Virus record (IMG/VR): IMGVR_UViG_3300034103_000446
Location: 39,063-103,062 of that record
Reading direction: 5' to 3' (one strand)
DNA length: 64,000 nt
Source of the DNA: a virus
Each line of letters starts with the position of its first letter. Within the stretch, counting starts at the first letter, position 1. Both the position numbers and the translations under genes were made by a program. Positions 19,450 through 31,400 of the stretch are shown piece after piece. The notes beneath the pieces were generated by a model. The model saw nothing but the letters and a program-made list of their open reading frames with translations, did no database searches and was not told the origin of the DNA.

Positions 19450-19457
19450 GTATTTAG
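19450..19457 (-). promoter_or_regulatory. Candidate late promoter (CTAAATAC) heading the glycosyltransferase/radical SAM operon
   Basis: TAAATA core immediately upstream of the RBS; the same core precedes structural genes elsewhere in the window. Confidence 0.55.
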
Positions 19458-19482
19458 ATAAACACAAGCACTCGCTTAAAAA

Positions 19483-20433
19483 TTATGATCCAGATACAGT
19501 TCCGGATAAAGTAATTGCACCCCAAGTATTAGATATGTGTGTTGTTGCGGGAGGTCTAACGGTCAAGGTAGTTGCTGAGTTAGCTGCTGCTGTCAATCCA
19601 TCCGGTACTTCATCCCAAATAGTATAGACAGTGATGACAGATCCTGCATCACCGTTTGAGCCTTGTGTGCCGTTACTTTTTACAATCACACGAATGAATG
19701 TACTTAAATAACCACTAGGTCCGGTTGATGCAGTTTGTGTAAATGCCGTAACGTTTGATGCAGTCAATGCATAATATCCGCTATTCGTACTAATTGTGGG
19801 TGCATTTCCGCCACCGCCTACTTTAGTGATTCCGTTGTATGATGTGCCTGCTACAGTTATTGCACCTGATGTTGGGCTGCTTAATACTACAGTGCCAACG
19901 TTGCTTGCTAGGTTATTTAACAACAAGTTAATACCAGTACCACTAGGATGTGCGCAGGTAATTGCTAGTTGGCCGCCTGAATTAAAGAAATAACGTGCAG
20001 CGTCACCGTTTGCAAAAGTAGCAGTGTGAGTAAATGTTATTGCCGAACTCCATGTACTGGCATATGTTGCGGTGTTAGCAGTGGTTGAACCCTGTGCTGC
20101 CGCATTTAACCTACTAGTGTATATAGTAGTTAGGTTAGTTGGAATAGCAGACAAGAACGTAACTGTTCCGCCGGCTGATGGTGCTGTAACGCTTGTAATG
20201 CTAGTACCCTGATGTGATGCTGAATTTGAAGTTCTATTAACCAAATTTGCCCAATCAGTAGCGGCTACTGTTCCGCCCACTGACACATTGGCAACTGCTG
20301 TTTGACCATATCCTGCGTTTGTACCACCAGTTGCCCAAACAGTATTAAGTTTACCGCTTGAAGTTACAGGGTTACCACCAACAAGATTGTTGAAGTCTGT
20401 GGCTTCAATTAAACCATATTGTGCGTAACTCAT
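19483..20433 (-). CDS. Virion structural protein (tail-fibre/baseplate associated), Thr/Ser/Gly-rich
   Basis: Composition and position after the tail fibre gene; GYGQT and ARYFFNSGG motifs. Confidence 0.6.
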   Translation of the reverse strand: MSYAQYGLIEATDFNNLVGGNPVTSSGKLNTVWATGGTNAGYGQTAVANVSVGGTVAATDWANLVNRTSNSASHQGTSITSVTAPSAGGTVTFLSAIPTNLTTIYTSRLNAAAQGSTTANTATYASTWSSAITFTHTATFANGDAARYFFNSGGQLAITCAHPSGTGINLLLNNLASNVGTVVLSSPTSGAITVAGTSYNGITKVGGGGNAPTISTNSGYYALTASNVTAFTQTASTGPSGYLSTFIRVIVKSNGTQGSNGDAGSVITVYTIWDEVPDGLTAAANSATTLTVRPPATTHISNTWGAITLSGTVSGS

Positions 20434-20442
20434 CTTTTATCC

Positions 20443-21660
20443 TTATTTTATAATTACAATGGCTTCAACTGTGCCAACGCCAGTTGTAGTCTTGTGTTCT
20501 AGTGCTCTTCCGATTGTGTTAAATGCATTTGCTTCGCCTTCTTCGGCAGCTCTTGCAATACCATTACCTGCACTTACCAATCGTTGATGTTTATTAACTA
20601 CACCAGTGACCTTTACCTTAACACGCCCGCTCATAGCGACCGGTGGGTGAGTTTGATCGTTACCTGCACCAGCGTTCATTAAATAACCAGCTGTATCAGA
20701 AATGACTCCAAATACATCTTCACTTAATTCATACTGAACCGCAGTAATTTCTTGTTCGCCGCCTAATTCAACTACTGTACCAGCATCATATATGTCATCC
20801 GCAGCAAATCTTTCGGCCAAGTCAGCGTATGTAGCGTTTAGTCTTGAACCAGCACTTAACGTCCAGTTACCTGTCATTGTTCCTGCAGTAGTGTTTGCAC
20901 CAGTAGTTAACACTGTAGCTTGCGTTTGAACGGTTAAAACGTTACCGTTGTACGTAGGTAGATAACTAGCTACGTTACTGTTACTATATGTACCAGCAAA
21001 AGAGATAGGATCACCGTTTGCATACATGTATTTGTCAGTTCTGACACCGTATAAGTTTGCACCTGCTGAATTTCCTATAAACAAATTACCATTTGTCAAT
21101 ATAATTGCGTTGCCGGACAATCCACCATTTGTTGTCCATGTACCAGTCAAGCTACCTGCAGTAGTATTTGCTCCGGTCGTAATAGTTGTTGTAGTGAGTG
21201 TTCCAATCGTAGCACTAGTTATGTTAGCATCTGCAATATTGGCATTTGCTGACACTGTAATATAATTAAATGACGCTGCATTACCAGTAACGTTATTGGT
21301 TGCAGACAAGTTATTTGCTTGCACGTTTCCAGTAACTGTCACTGCACCAAAAGTAGTGGTACCGCCCGAGCTAGTAGATGTTAGTGCTAACCAAGCTAAT
21401 GCGTTTGCTTCACCGTCTGTAGGACAGACATAAAGTGTGCTGTTGTTCGTGTTGTACCAAAGCTGACCACGTATAGGGTTAGCCGGAGGGGTTGTATCGG
21501 CAAAATTCTCTAGTTGATGGACGAAGTTGGTATCTAGGGTTTGACCGTAACCAGCGTAGTTTCTGCCGGGAAGCCCGATACTTGTGCTGGTAGTATTAAT
21601 CGTACCGTCTGGTACGGTAGTTAAAACTGTTCCATCACTTTTAACAATTGTATATGCCAT
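20443..21660 (-). CDS. Tail fibre-like protein with C-terminal autoproteolytic chaperone (peptidase G2-like) domain
   Basis: N-terminal GRNYAGYG..LENFA..P.NP.RGQLWY; Thr/Asn-rich shaft with duplicated TTGANTTAG..TG.WT; C-terminal YADLAE..GTVV..GVIS..VAMSGRVKVKV..IGRALE. Confidence 0.7.
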   Translation of the reverse strand: MAYTIVKSDGTVLTTVPDGTINTTSTSIGLPGRNYAGYGQTLDTNFVHQLENFADTTPPANPIRGQLWYNTNNSTLYVCPTDGEANALAWLALTSTSSGGTTTFGAVTVTGNVQANNLSATNNVTGNAASFNYITVSANANIADANITSATIGTLTTTTITTGANTTAGSLTGTWTTNGGLSGNAIILTNGNLFIGNSAGANLYGVRTDKYMYANGDPISFAGTYSNSNVASYLPTYNGNVLTVQTQATVLTTGANTTAGTMTGNWTLSAGSRLNATYADLAERFAADDIYDAGTVVELGGEQEITAVQYELSEDVFGVISDTAGYLMNAGAGNDQTHPPVAMSGRVKVKVTGVVNKHQRLVSAGNGIARAAEEGEANAFNTIGRALEHKTTTGVGTVEAIVIIK

Positions 21661-21684
21661 TTCAAATCACTCCGATATTCTTCT

Positions 21685-21692
21685 TATTTATC
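21685..21692 (-). promoter_or_regulatory. Candidate late promoter GATAAATA
   Basis: Lies upstream of the GGAG RBS (21670-21673) and ATG 21660. Confidence 0.6.
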
Positions 21693-22313
21693 TTAAATAG
21701 TTACTAAGTTAGTCAGGGCCTGAATCCTAACAGTGTAATCTATCTGAATTTGTCTATTCAAAGACTTTTGTACGGGGTGAAAAATAACATGAGTTAAAAG
21801 TCTAGTTATAACATTCCCGTCGTTATCTGTTCCATAATTGGCTAATAAGCCAAGTTCATCAAAAACGTACTCACCGTCGGTTTGAGTACTGTTATCAAAT
21901 GCGTTTTGTCCTGCAGGTTCACCGTAATCTAACAAACATTGTACTAAAATGTCAGTATAGACCTTACCGGTAGTATGAGAAACTGTCATTTTGTTACGTG
22001 TAGGATCTAAGTTAAAAACGCTAGTATCATCAACAATCTTAGTATAAGTTTGGTTATACAATGCTGCATTTTGACCAGTAGTATTAGGAGGCAAATAAGT
22101 GATAACTCCTGTTTCGTCTACGCTTGCACCACCGTTACCAAATGCCATTTCGTAGATTTCTCCGTAACCTCGACTGCTTAATGTGTCAGCAATAGCTTCT
22201 GACATATTTTCATAGTTGATAGCGTTCTTTTTATCCACTAAAACTTCCCCAGTATTAGGGTCATGGATTTTAAGAAAACCTTCAATCTGATATGTTATTT
22301 GTATTCCTGACAT
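21693..22313 (-). CDS. Baseplate/tail-fibre attachment structural protein
   Basis: Position between the giant structural gene and the tail fibre; FDELGL..LLTHVIFHPVQKS..IDYTVRI. Confidence 0.6.
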   Translation of the reverse strand: MSGIQITYQIEGFLKIHDPNTGEVLVDKKNAINYENMSEAIADTLSSRGYGEIYEMAFGNGGASVDETGVITYLPPNTTGQNAALYNQTYTKIVDDTSVFNLDPTRNKMTVSHTTGKVYTDILVQCLLDYGEPAGQNAFDNSTQTDGEYVFDELGLLANYGTDNDGNVITRLLTHVIFHPVQKSLNRQIQIDYTVRIQALTNLVTI

Positions 22314-22465
22314 TAGTTATCGCCTCTTTTTTGTACTAAAACTTCTTTTGTGTTTGGGTCGAAAATTTTCACACTTGAGGAAAAGTAAAAGCCCCCATGC
22401 TCGTTAGGCTTGGTTTCGGGCTTTTTTTGTACTTTTTCCTGGATTGGCGTATGTTTTTCGCTCAT
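22313..22465 (-). CDS. 50-aa micro-protein paralogous to the N-terminus of the downstream gene
   Basis: Below the ORF-track cutoff. MSEKHTPIQEKVQKKPETKPNEHGGFYFSSSVKIFDPNTKEVLVQKRGDN; TAATG overlap with ATG 22313; late motif at 22470-22477. Confidence 0.75.
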   Translation of the reverse strand: MSEKHTPIQEKVQKKPETKPNEHGGFYFSSSVKIFDPNTKEVLVQKRGDN

Positions 22466-22469
22466 AATT

Positions 22470-22477
22470 TATTTATC
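22470..22477 (-). promoter_or_regulatory. Candidate late promoter GATAAATA
   Basis: 4 nt upstream of ATG 22465. Confidence 0.55.
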
Positions 22478-22479
22478 AT

Positions 22480-25400
22480 TCAGTTTACATCACCTCGCAA
22501 GAATGTTGCTGATTCCGTCACTGATATTTGCAACGGATCTCCGTCAACTGTATTATATACATCAGAGTTCCATGTTTCTTGATAGTCTGCTATTGACATT
22601 CGGTTGTTAGACAATAATCCATATACTTCACTGTATTGAGGTATAAAGAACTGGCCGCCCGTACCATTAGTGCCCCGTTGTAGACCAGAAATAGTATTGT
22701 TTGCTAAATCAACAGAACTGAACTTAATTTGTTCTCCGTTGATATACAATAGATTTCCTTCTAATACTGTTATTGTCAACTGATTTCCAACAGTAATATA
22801 CGCACCAGATGTTATTTTTAAGACAGGAGACAAGTTAACAATTACGACTTCATAGTTACTACCTGCAATAGTCTGACCTGTAGTAGCATTATAGACAGTT
22901 ACGTTGGATATAAGTCTCTTATCCGCATCTAAACCTATATAGAAATATCCGTCGACTGCTGCAGGAACAGTTTCTGATTGGGTAACCACGTCAGTTAATC
23001 TAGTAACATCGTCTACATACATGACAGTATCAGTGTTGCTTAACGGTTCAGTTAACCAAGTTCTAGTTTGAGTATTTGCACGATATGCAACACCTGCTCC
23101 AGATTGGTTAACATTAATTAAAAACACTTCTTCATTTGGAGTTGCGCTTGGCATCATACTTGTAATAGTAACTTCATCCAATGTGCTGATAACTGTTAAA
23201 ATGCTAATTTCATTGTTAGCATTTAATTTTAGTTCTGAGGATGGGACACGATAGCCATTTACTGTTACCCATAGTCTATCAACATTATCCTGTTCCCATT
23301 GAGTTACAAACATAGATCCAGTGTCAGTAGATAACACTAGATCACTACCATTTCTAGTTGCACTGATGGAGAACTCAGTCGCACTTATTAGTTCTTTAAC
23401 GTAATAAGTAGTATCGGCTGCTACTCCACCATACACGGTTCCAGTAAAGACTATCGGGGTACCTATAATTAACGGAACAGTACTTGATACTGTTAGGTAA
23501 TTACCTAGAATTGGATCATTCGTAGTAGCAGTAACTTCTAGAGTCTCAATCACATAAGAATTATTTTCCCAAATATATCCACCGCTTACATAGGATGATA
23601 TTGCGGTTACTGGAGAGTTAACCGCAGTTAGTCCTGAACTATATGGTTGATCTAAGTACAAGTCAACTTGTATAGAGTTAATTACATGAACATAATAAGT
23701 ATTGTTGTTTAATTGAACAGAACCCAATGTTCCGTCAATTCTTACTAGATCGCCAGATGTTAGGTTGTGCGCGGTACCAGTAGTAACTCGAACTGCTTGT
23801 TGCCCACCAACATATGCTACAATTAATCCAGTGCCAGTAGACAAGTCAATTATCGTTCCGTTTTCATCTTGAATAGTGAACGTAGTAGGAGAAAGAACAG
23901 CACGAACGTAATATACTGTGCCATCAATTTCTATGTCACCAAAACTAGTTGCTCCCTTAAACTGAATAGTTTGTCCTGGAACAAATCCGGTAGTTGAAAC
24001 GCAAGTTATTACCTCTGTTGTACCATTTGAAGCTGTACAATTAGTTATAGCTGAAAACGGAACTATCGAGTTGTTTATATCAATTATGTTAGCAACAGTT
24101 ACTCCGGTTATGCCGTATTGAGTATTTAGGTACTGTCGTTCAGTATTGTTAAAGGTTGTCACTGCTATTGTATCACCTGACGTAGGTGCAGATGTGAATG
24201 TAATTTCATTGGTGTTGTCATCAATAGTATAATCAGTGGTATTAATCAAACGTAGACCGTTAACTTCTACGATAGCATTATTAGAATTGTCATCACCTAC
24301 ATAATTGTCTAATTCATACGTTGAACTACCGTCAGCTTCTATAACTTGAACTTCAGGTATAGTGTATCCATATTGCTGAGGAGTAGTTTCACCAAATAAT
24401 GTATAGCTGATGTAATCAGTTGCATTGTCATAACTATTAGATGCAAATATGATAGATGCACTTATACCGTTATCTGCAATTCCAAATGCATAGTCATTAG
24501 TAATGAATTCTGCGCCACCTGTAGCATTAGTCAATGTTATTACAGGGCCGCCGGATGTAGCTGCTACAGTAAACTCATTAGTATCAATGATTGATTGAAC
24601 GTAGTATGTTGTTTGAGGTAACAATATGCCACCAAACATGGTGTCACTGAACACAATACGTTCACCCACGACCATACCCCCAGTCGTGTTAGTTGTTACT
24701 GCATTGTTGCTAGCTTTTGTTCTAGTAACAGTGCTTGTTGTGCCGATCAATAGTTTATCACCATTGTGATAAATGATTGGTGCAGTCCATACTTCACCGT
24801 AACCAACTTTAATGATAACATTCATAGAACCAGTATCATCAGTTAATGCTAGTGTAGGGCCTGCAGTGCCTGTTCCTACATTTATAGTAGTAGAAACAGT
24901 GATTCGATTAGTAACATAACTAATAGTCTTAACATAGTATGTGGTGTCTTCTTGAATGCCACCAAACACATTACCTTGGAATGTTATAGGCATATTCAAT
25001 ACAAAATCTTCTACATTCGCACACAGTATCGAATTATTAGTCGAATCAGTTTCAGTAGCCTCTACATCAACTGGATTTGTATCAGGTCTTATGACACCTG
25101 ATCCATCATATATTTGACCTGAATAATTACAGTTCACATATATTTCATTCCATCCAGTTGAAGTATTAGTTCTGATAGGATCAGTCTTTGTACTAGCTTT
25201 GACTAATTGATTTCCGTTACCAACTTCATACACATCAATGCGTAACTTGTCAGCAACCGGAGAGAAAGTCAACGGGGTGTTTAGTGTAATAGTGTAGTTA
25301 ATCCAGTTAATCGTGTAGTCTAGTGTTTGATAGACAGCAGTGCTTAATCCGGTTGTTCCGCCAATGATATACACTGCAATTTGCGCAGGGGTTTGTATAT

Positions 25401-28400
25401 CATACAAGTTGCCAATGTCAAAACTATATGTCGTTTGTGTACCAGACTCTGGGGTGTACTCGACACTAACAACTTCATACCCTACGTGAGCGTAGATGGT
25501 CTCGTCCCAGTTTGTACCTGGTCGGGTTGCAACGGTCAGTGTGATATTATCAGTGACAACACCGGGCACTAGTTCTTCTGGTCCATAACCGTACGTGAAC
25601 TCTGCACCCTGTACATCATAGAACGTAGCCTGGGGTGCAAACACTGATGAACTAGTCCAATTAATACCGTTGTCAGTACTAATCAAAATAGTATTATTAT
25701 CGCCGACTACTATCCATTCAGAGGTGTCTTCGTTAAACGTCACTCCATTTAGATCCTCTGATGTACCTGAAGTATGTGGTGCCCATGTGTAGCCGTCTGT
25801 CGATACTTTGATTAGACCATTATCACCTACTGCCACATATGCACCGTTTGCATACTTAACATCCACTAATGATGTTGTTCTTGGTGCAAACATATAAGTT
25901 GTGGTCGTAGGATCATCAACGGTTAACGTTACTGGTAATCCACCAAAAGTTGTGCTTAACTGTAGCTGTGTACTTGAAATTATATTAACCACAAAGTATG
26001 GTGTTCCTGCAGTAAAGACGTTGAATGATTCTGAGAATTCTACTTGATTTCCAACTACAAATCCAGCTGTACTAGTTACATTCAATTCGTTGGATGCATC
26101 ATTGGAGCTTATTACAGTAACTTCATTTACACCTAACCAATTTGCACCGTTGTTTGATATGTAAATTACACCATCTTCACCTACTGTTACAATGCTTGTG
26201 CCATTATGTGTTACTCCGTAAAAACCTTTAGAACTTACTGCCGGTATTTGATTCCAAGATATACCGTCAGTGCTCGTTATAATTAGATTAACATCTATTG
26301 TTACACCAACGCCAGTAGAGTAGTCAAGTTGTTGTCCCTTACCTACTGCTATAAATCCAGTAAATGCGGATACATCTATACCATTGACACCGTATAAAAT
26401 ATTGGTCAATTGAGGGTCACTAAATGTAAAACGCTGTCTCCATATGTAGGTATCATCACTAGAAACTATTCCGTCTCCGACTGCAATCCATAAGTTATTT
26501 CTATATCCAACTGAGTTCAAGTTCAATGCAGAAATGCTCAACGCAGTAAAATCATATGTAGTTGTGTCGTATGGGACAGACCCATATGGAGTAAAGTATC
26601 CATTGGTAGTCCAAGTTATTCCATCCGCACTTCTAAATATCGGGGTAGCCGGGTTATTAGATGTCATTATATAATACCCACCTGCATAAATCATGTCAGT
26701 GGTGTTTATTGGAGTATTTGCTAGTTTTTGAATTTCCCATTCTTCTCCTGTCAAACTTGACAATACACTAGAATAATCCGGGGTGTCAGCAGCAGCCAAA
26801 TAACGGACACTATCCCATACAATAGCGTGAATATCTACCGCAGTTGGATAGAATGCTTGATCTTGTAGCACAGTGTCTATTGGATACTGGTCATCCGGCG
26901 CAAACGCATTACCTAAGTAGGTGCTGTTAGGATAAATCACACCTTCGAACAACTGGGACAAGTCTTTACCCGGCATGTTATCAGTTGGGTCATAATAACC
27001 AAATACACGATCCATTGCATTTAGTCTTCTGTCCCCGCTAGTCAACAATTCCCATTTACCAAATACAAATTCTTTGTCGTTGTTTGATATCACACAGACA
27101 TATACACGGTTATTGTACTTGACAATACTCTGATTGAATATGAATGGTTCAGGTAATAGGGCAAAGGATCCTGATTTCGCAATCGTAAAGTTTGATGCAA
27201 TAGAAGTGGTGATGTTTATATCAGCGCCGCCCGGTTCGGCCGATACTGTTATGACATTTCCTAATATGAAGGTTATGTAATATGTTTGACTTTCTGTGAT
27301 GGCACCTAGTGTAGGTGTTAAGTTTCCAGTGAATACCACAGCATCATTTAGATCAAATCCAGAAGCATCTGCTAATGTTAGTTCATCAGTACCGGAGTCC
27401 AAAGAAGTAACAGTTGTCTCAGTGATACCCACATAAGGTAAGGCTAGTCCGCTTACCGGTACTGTCATTAATGCATTCTGATACAATTCAAATTCTGTAG
27501 GAGATATGACTTTCAAATAGTATTGTGATACTACACCGGCAGCTATACCTGAACAAATTGTACTAGTAATTTCACCGTCATCATCTATGGCATTTACAGT
27601 TAATGTCAAGTCATTTAGCGGGGTCGTGCCACCTATCACATTTCCCGGAATAACAATCGTGTTATCTACTGCATATCCTGTTCCTGCATTGCTAATCAAT
27701 ACTCGATATCCACCTAAAATATAGCTAACATCGAATTCAGGAACTGTCAATGGAGTTTGATCTACTGTTGTTTCAGTAGTGATGACCATTGTAGAACTTG
27801 ACAATGATCCTGCAGAGGTGTCAATCAACGCCCCAGTGGCAGTCAACGATACATTAAATGTAGTGCTTGTAGCATTACGGACATAGTATGTAGTTCCCAA
27901 AGATATTCCTGCAGGTACAGTTCCGTTTCTAAAAATAACAGTAGTACCGTCTTCAGGGGCATTAACAACAGTAATAACCGCAGGGTTCGCTGCTGAAATA
28001 GATGCGCTCTGCTGTGAATCGCCAGGATACTCAGCAGGGTCGCCGAGGTTTTCCGCAACTTTTATGTACGGTAAACCAGTACCAGTCATCAATCCACTGG
28101 CAGTGGTCAATGTTAGTTCTAGGCCGCCTGGAGTATTAGTAATCGTGAACCTAGTATCGCTTACTACTTTTTTTACCCAATACTCGACATCAATTTCTGC
28201 ACCACCCATACCAGAACCAGAGAATAGAATTGGCATATCAGCAAATAACATCTCAGTAGTATCACAAGTCAATTCATTAGTTGAAGATGATGTGTTTGTA
28301 ACTTCAATTTCAATAGTGCCTTTGTCTACTACATAATAAGTTGTTCCCGGAACAAGGGCATTAGTATAGAATAAGTCTTCTGAAATTTCTATAGGCATAT

Positions 28401-31400
28401 TAACATATATGTTAGTCAAACCCCTTGCAACAGTGTCACCTGCATTATAGTTAGTCATTACGATTGCGTTAACATCGACTTGTAATCCGTCAATTCCTGA
28501 AGTACGTTCACCAATCAATGCCGCAACACCTCTAGTAATCAAGTTGCCATTTGTACCAGATACATTTGGATACTGCTCGGATGTTTCGTATAGGGTAAAT
28601 AATTGACCATTGACTTGACCTGGACTTACTGGCAGACTAACGTTGACTACCATATCACTTCCAGTAGCTGTAATTAATGCAACAGTGTCTTTCTGACTGG
28701 TCAACAACGCCGAAGTATTACTTGCAACAGAAACATCAGACAGTGCCACTGCTGGCCCGTTGATAGTAGTAGATACTTGGAATGTACTTGGGCTCACAAT
28801 AGAGGCAACATAGTATGTTGTTCCGGACACTAGGTTACCAAAAGTAGAAGTTTTGGTACCTGCAATTATCATAGTGTTAAAAATTATCTGCTCGTTGACT
28901 GACAACCTAGTAGTGTCGCCATCGATCACGATTGTATCAGTAGAAGCTACTGTAGCAGTAACATTAAATGTCTGTGGATTTTGTGTCTCAGACATAGTAA
29001 ATGTTTGATCGTCAACTACTGTTGTTACATAATAAACTTCATTTTCTATTATTCCACCAAACACTCCGTTTTGAACAAGATTAGAATCAGTACCAGTGAA
29101 GAATATAGGTAAGTTGATATAGAATCCAGCAGTACCACCTGTACCAGTGACATTTAACGGAACAGTTAACTTGTTAGTGACTGCTTGAGTTGCAGTTACA
29201 TTGAGTATTCCAGGATAGTTTACTGTAATTACAGCAGTATCAATTACTTCGCCAACAAAACACTCTAGTCCGGCCGGACCTACTGTCCAGTTAGACAACG
29301 ATAGCATTGGGCTACCAGTAGGATCATTTGATAATGTGAAATCAGTTTGGTTTACGATGCTGTTTACATAGTAAACTTGTTCATTTACTAACCCACTAGT
29401 ACCAATATCACCTGTAAACTTGATAGGCATACCAATGTAGAAACCATTAGTACCACCTGATGCGTTTGGATTACCGGAACCGTCGTCTTGCAACGCCAAC
29501 CTAACTACATCGTTTGAAGCATAGGTGCTGTGTACATAACGAATGAATGAACTATATGTTAATACTCGGTCATTTCTTAAATCAGTTATTTCAAACGCCA
29601 CGCCTTGAGCACTTGCTAAAATATCTGCTATTGGAGGCTGTGTGCTTTGTAAAGTTATAGATGAACTAGCGACGGACTCACTGTTAGAATATGTACCTGC
29701 ATAGTATGCACCGTAATATCTACCTGACAACCATTCAATAACTTGTGAGTTGTATGTTGTTCTGTCAAAGCGTAGTACTATGTCGTTTTCTCTTATTGGC
29801 AATGCACTAGTAATTGCGCTTGCTCTTGCACCTAAATTAATACTATGGCTTGAACCTGTACCAGCATTGAATAGTGGAAGTCTGTCATGGTCATTGATGC
29901 AGTTTGCATAATTATCGTAGAATCCAACAACAACTGAAGGTACTGTTTCTAACACGTTAATGTAATACCATTGGTTGTTTTCTAACCCACCAATTGCAGT
30001 ACTGTCAGCACCTACTTTGTACTGAATTAAATCACCTGTTTGTAATAGAGGAGCATAAACTTGAACTGTATTCGAAAATGTGTTTACATCTGTACTTGAG
30101 AATGGAACAACAATCGCAGTATCAATAATTATCTTTGGCAACACTGCATATCCTTGGCCTGGATCGACTACATCGACTCGTAGTACACTATCTAAGTTCA
30201 TAACTGCGGTTAACACTGCAGGTCTTGTAGGAGTTGGATATAATATTGGGTCTATGTATGCTGTAACCTTAGGAGGTTCAGTATATCCCCTGCCACCGTC
30301 TAATAACAAGACAGCCGGCAAGTTCATAGAGATATGAGCACCGGGAATGTGTTCAGAAATAGTAGTTCCATTAACACCACGAGTCAAACCAGTAATAACA
30401 TTTAATGCACGATCCACTGATGAGTATCCAATTTGTTCAGTTCCAATCGTGATTATGCCGTTGATAGGGAAACCCTGAGCATTATCTACCACAAATGATT
30501 TAGTGTTCAAAGAGATATACGATGCTAATGTAGTCATCTGTGCTTCTGGTTCGCCGGTTAATGCTAAACCATAGTTTTCAAACCACTGTGAGTATTCTTG
30601 TTCTTCCCAGATAGGATTATCAGGAGTAAACTGATTTACTCCGTTAGAATTAGCATAAACTAATTGAGGTGTTATAAACTGATTTTGTGATCTGTCATAT
30701 TTTGCAGGTAAGTCAAAGTCAGTAATGTTTCCGCCATAAATTTCTTCTCCTGTATACTTGAATAAGAATTCTTTAATAACCACATGATATGGTTTTATTT
30801 CATTCATATAACCAGCTAAGAAGTCTTGATTGTCTGATTGGAATACTTCAATTGGTCGCAGTTCACGAATGGTATGTGCAACATCAATAAATGATGTTTT
30901 GTTTAACCATGGCAAGTAATTTTGACTTTCTGTTGTCTCACTTTGAATATATTCGAATAGTAGAATCAAACTGCGGTTTCTATATACTAGAAGGTCATCA
31001 GTATAAATCTGTTCGTTCAATGCACGAACAATCTTGCGTGTTTCTTCGCTTGGATACACATCATAGGTGTCAGTGTCAAAGAAGTTATCACCGTAACCTA
31101 AACGAACAGATTCATAATCCCACAATGAGGACTTGAATCTAATAGTGCCGTTTTCTAAACCAATACGTCTCCAGATTCCGTTAGATTCATATATGTATGT
31201 TTCTGTTTGACCGCTGCGGTTAGTAGAAACAGTTACAATAGTACCAACTGCAACTGATAGTGTAGACAAATCTGCATAGATAGGAACCTGTAATGCTGAT
31301 TTAGTGTTGTCATCATATCCTGTTGCCCACCAGTTAACAAATTCCCAATAATCAGCGGTATCATAGAATTCTCCAGTAGATGTCAAGAAAGATGACTGTC

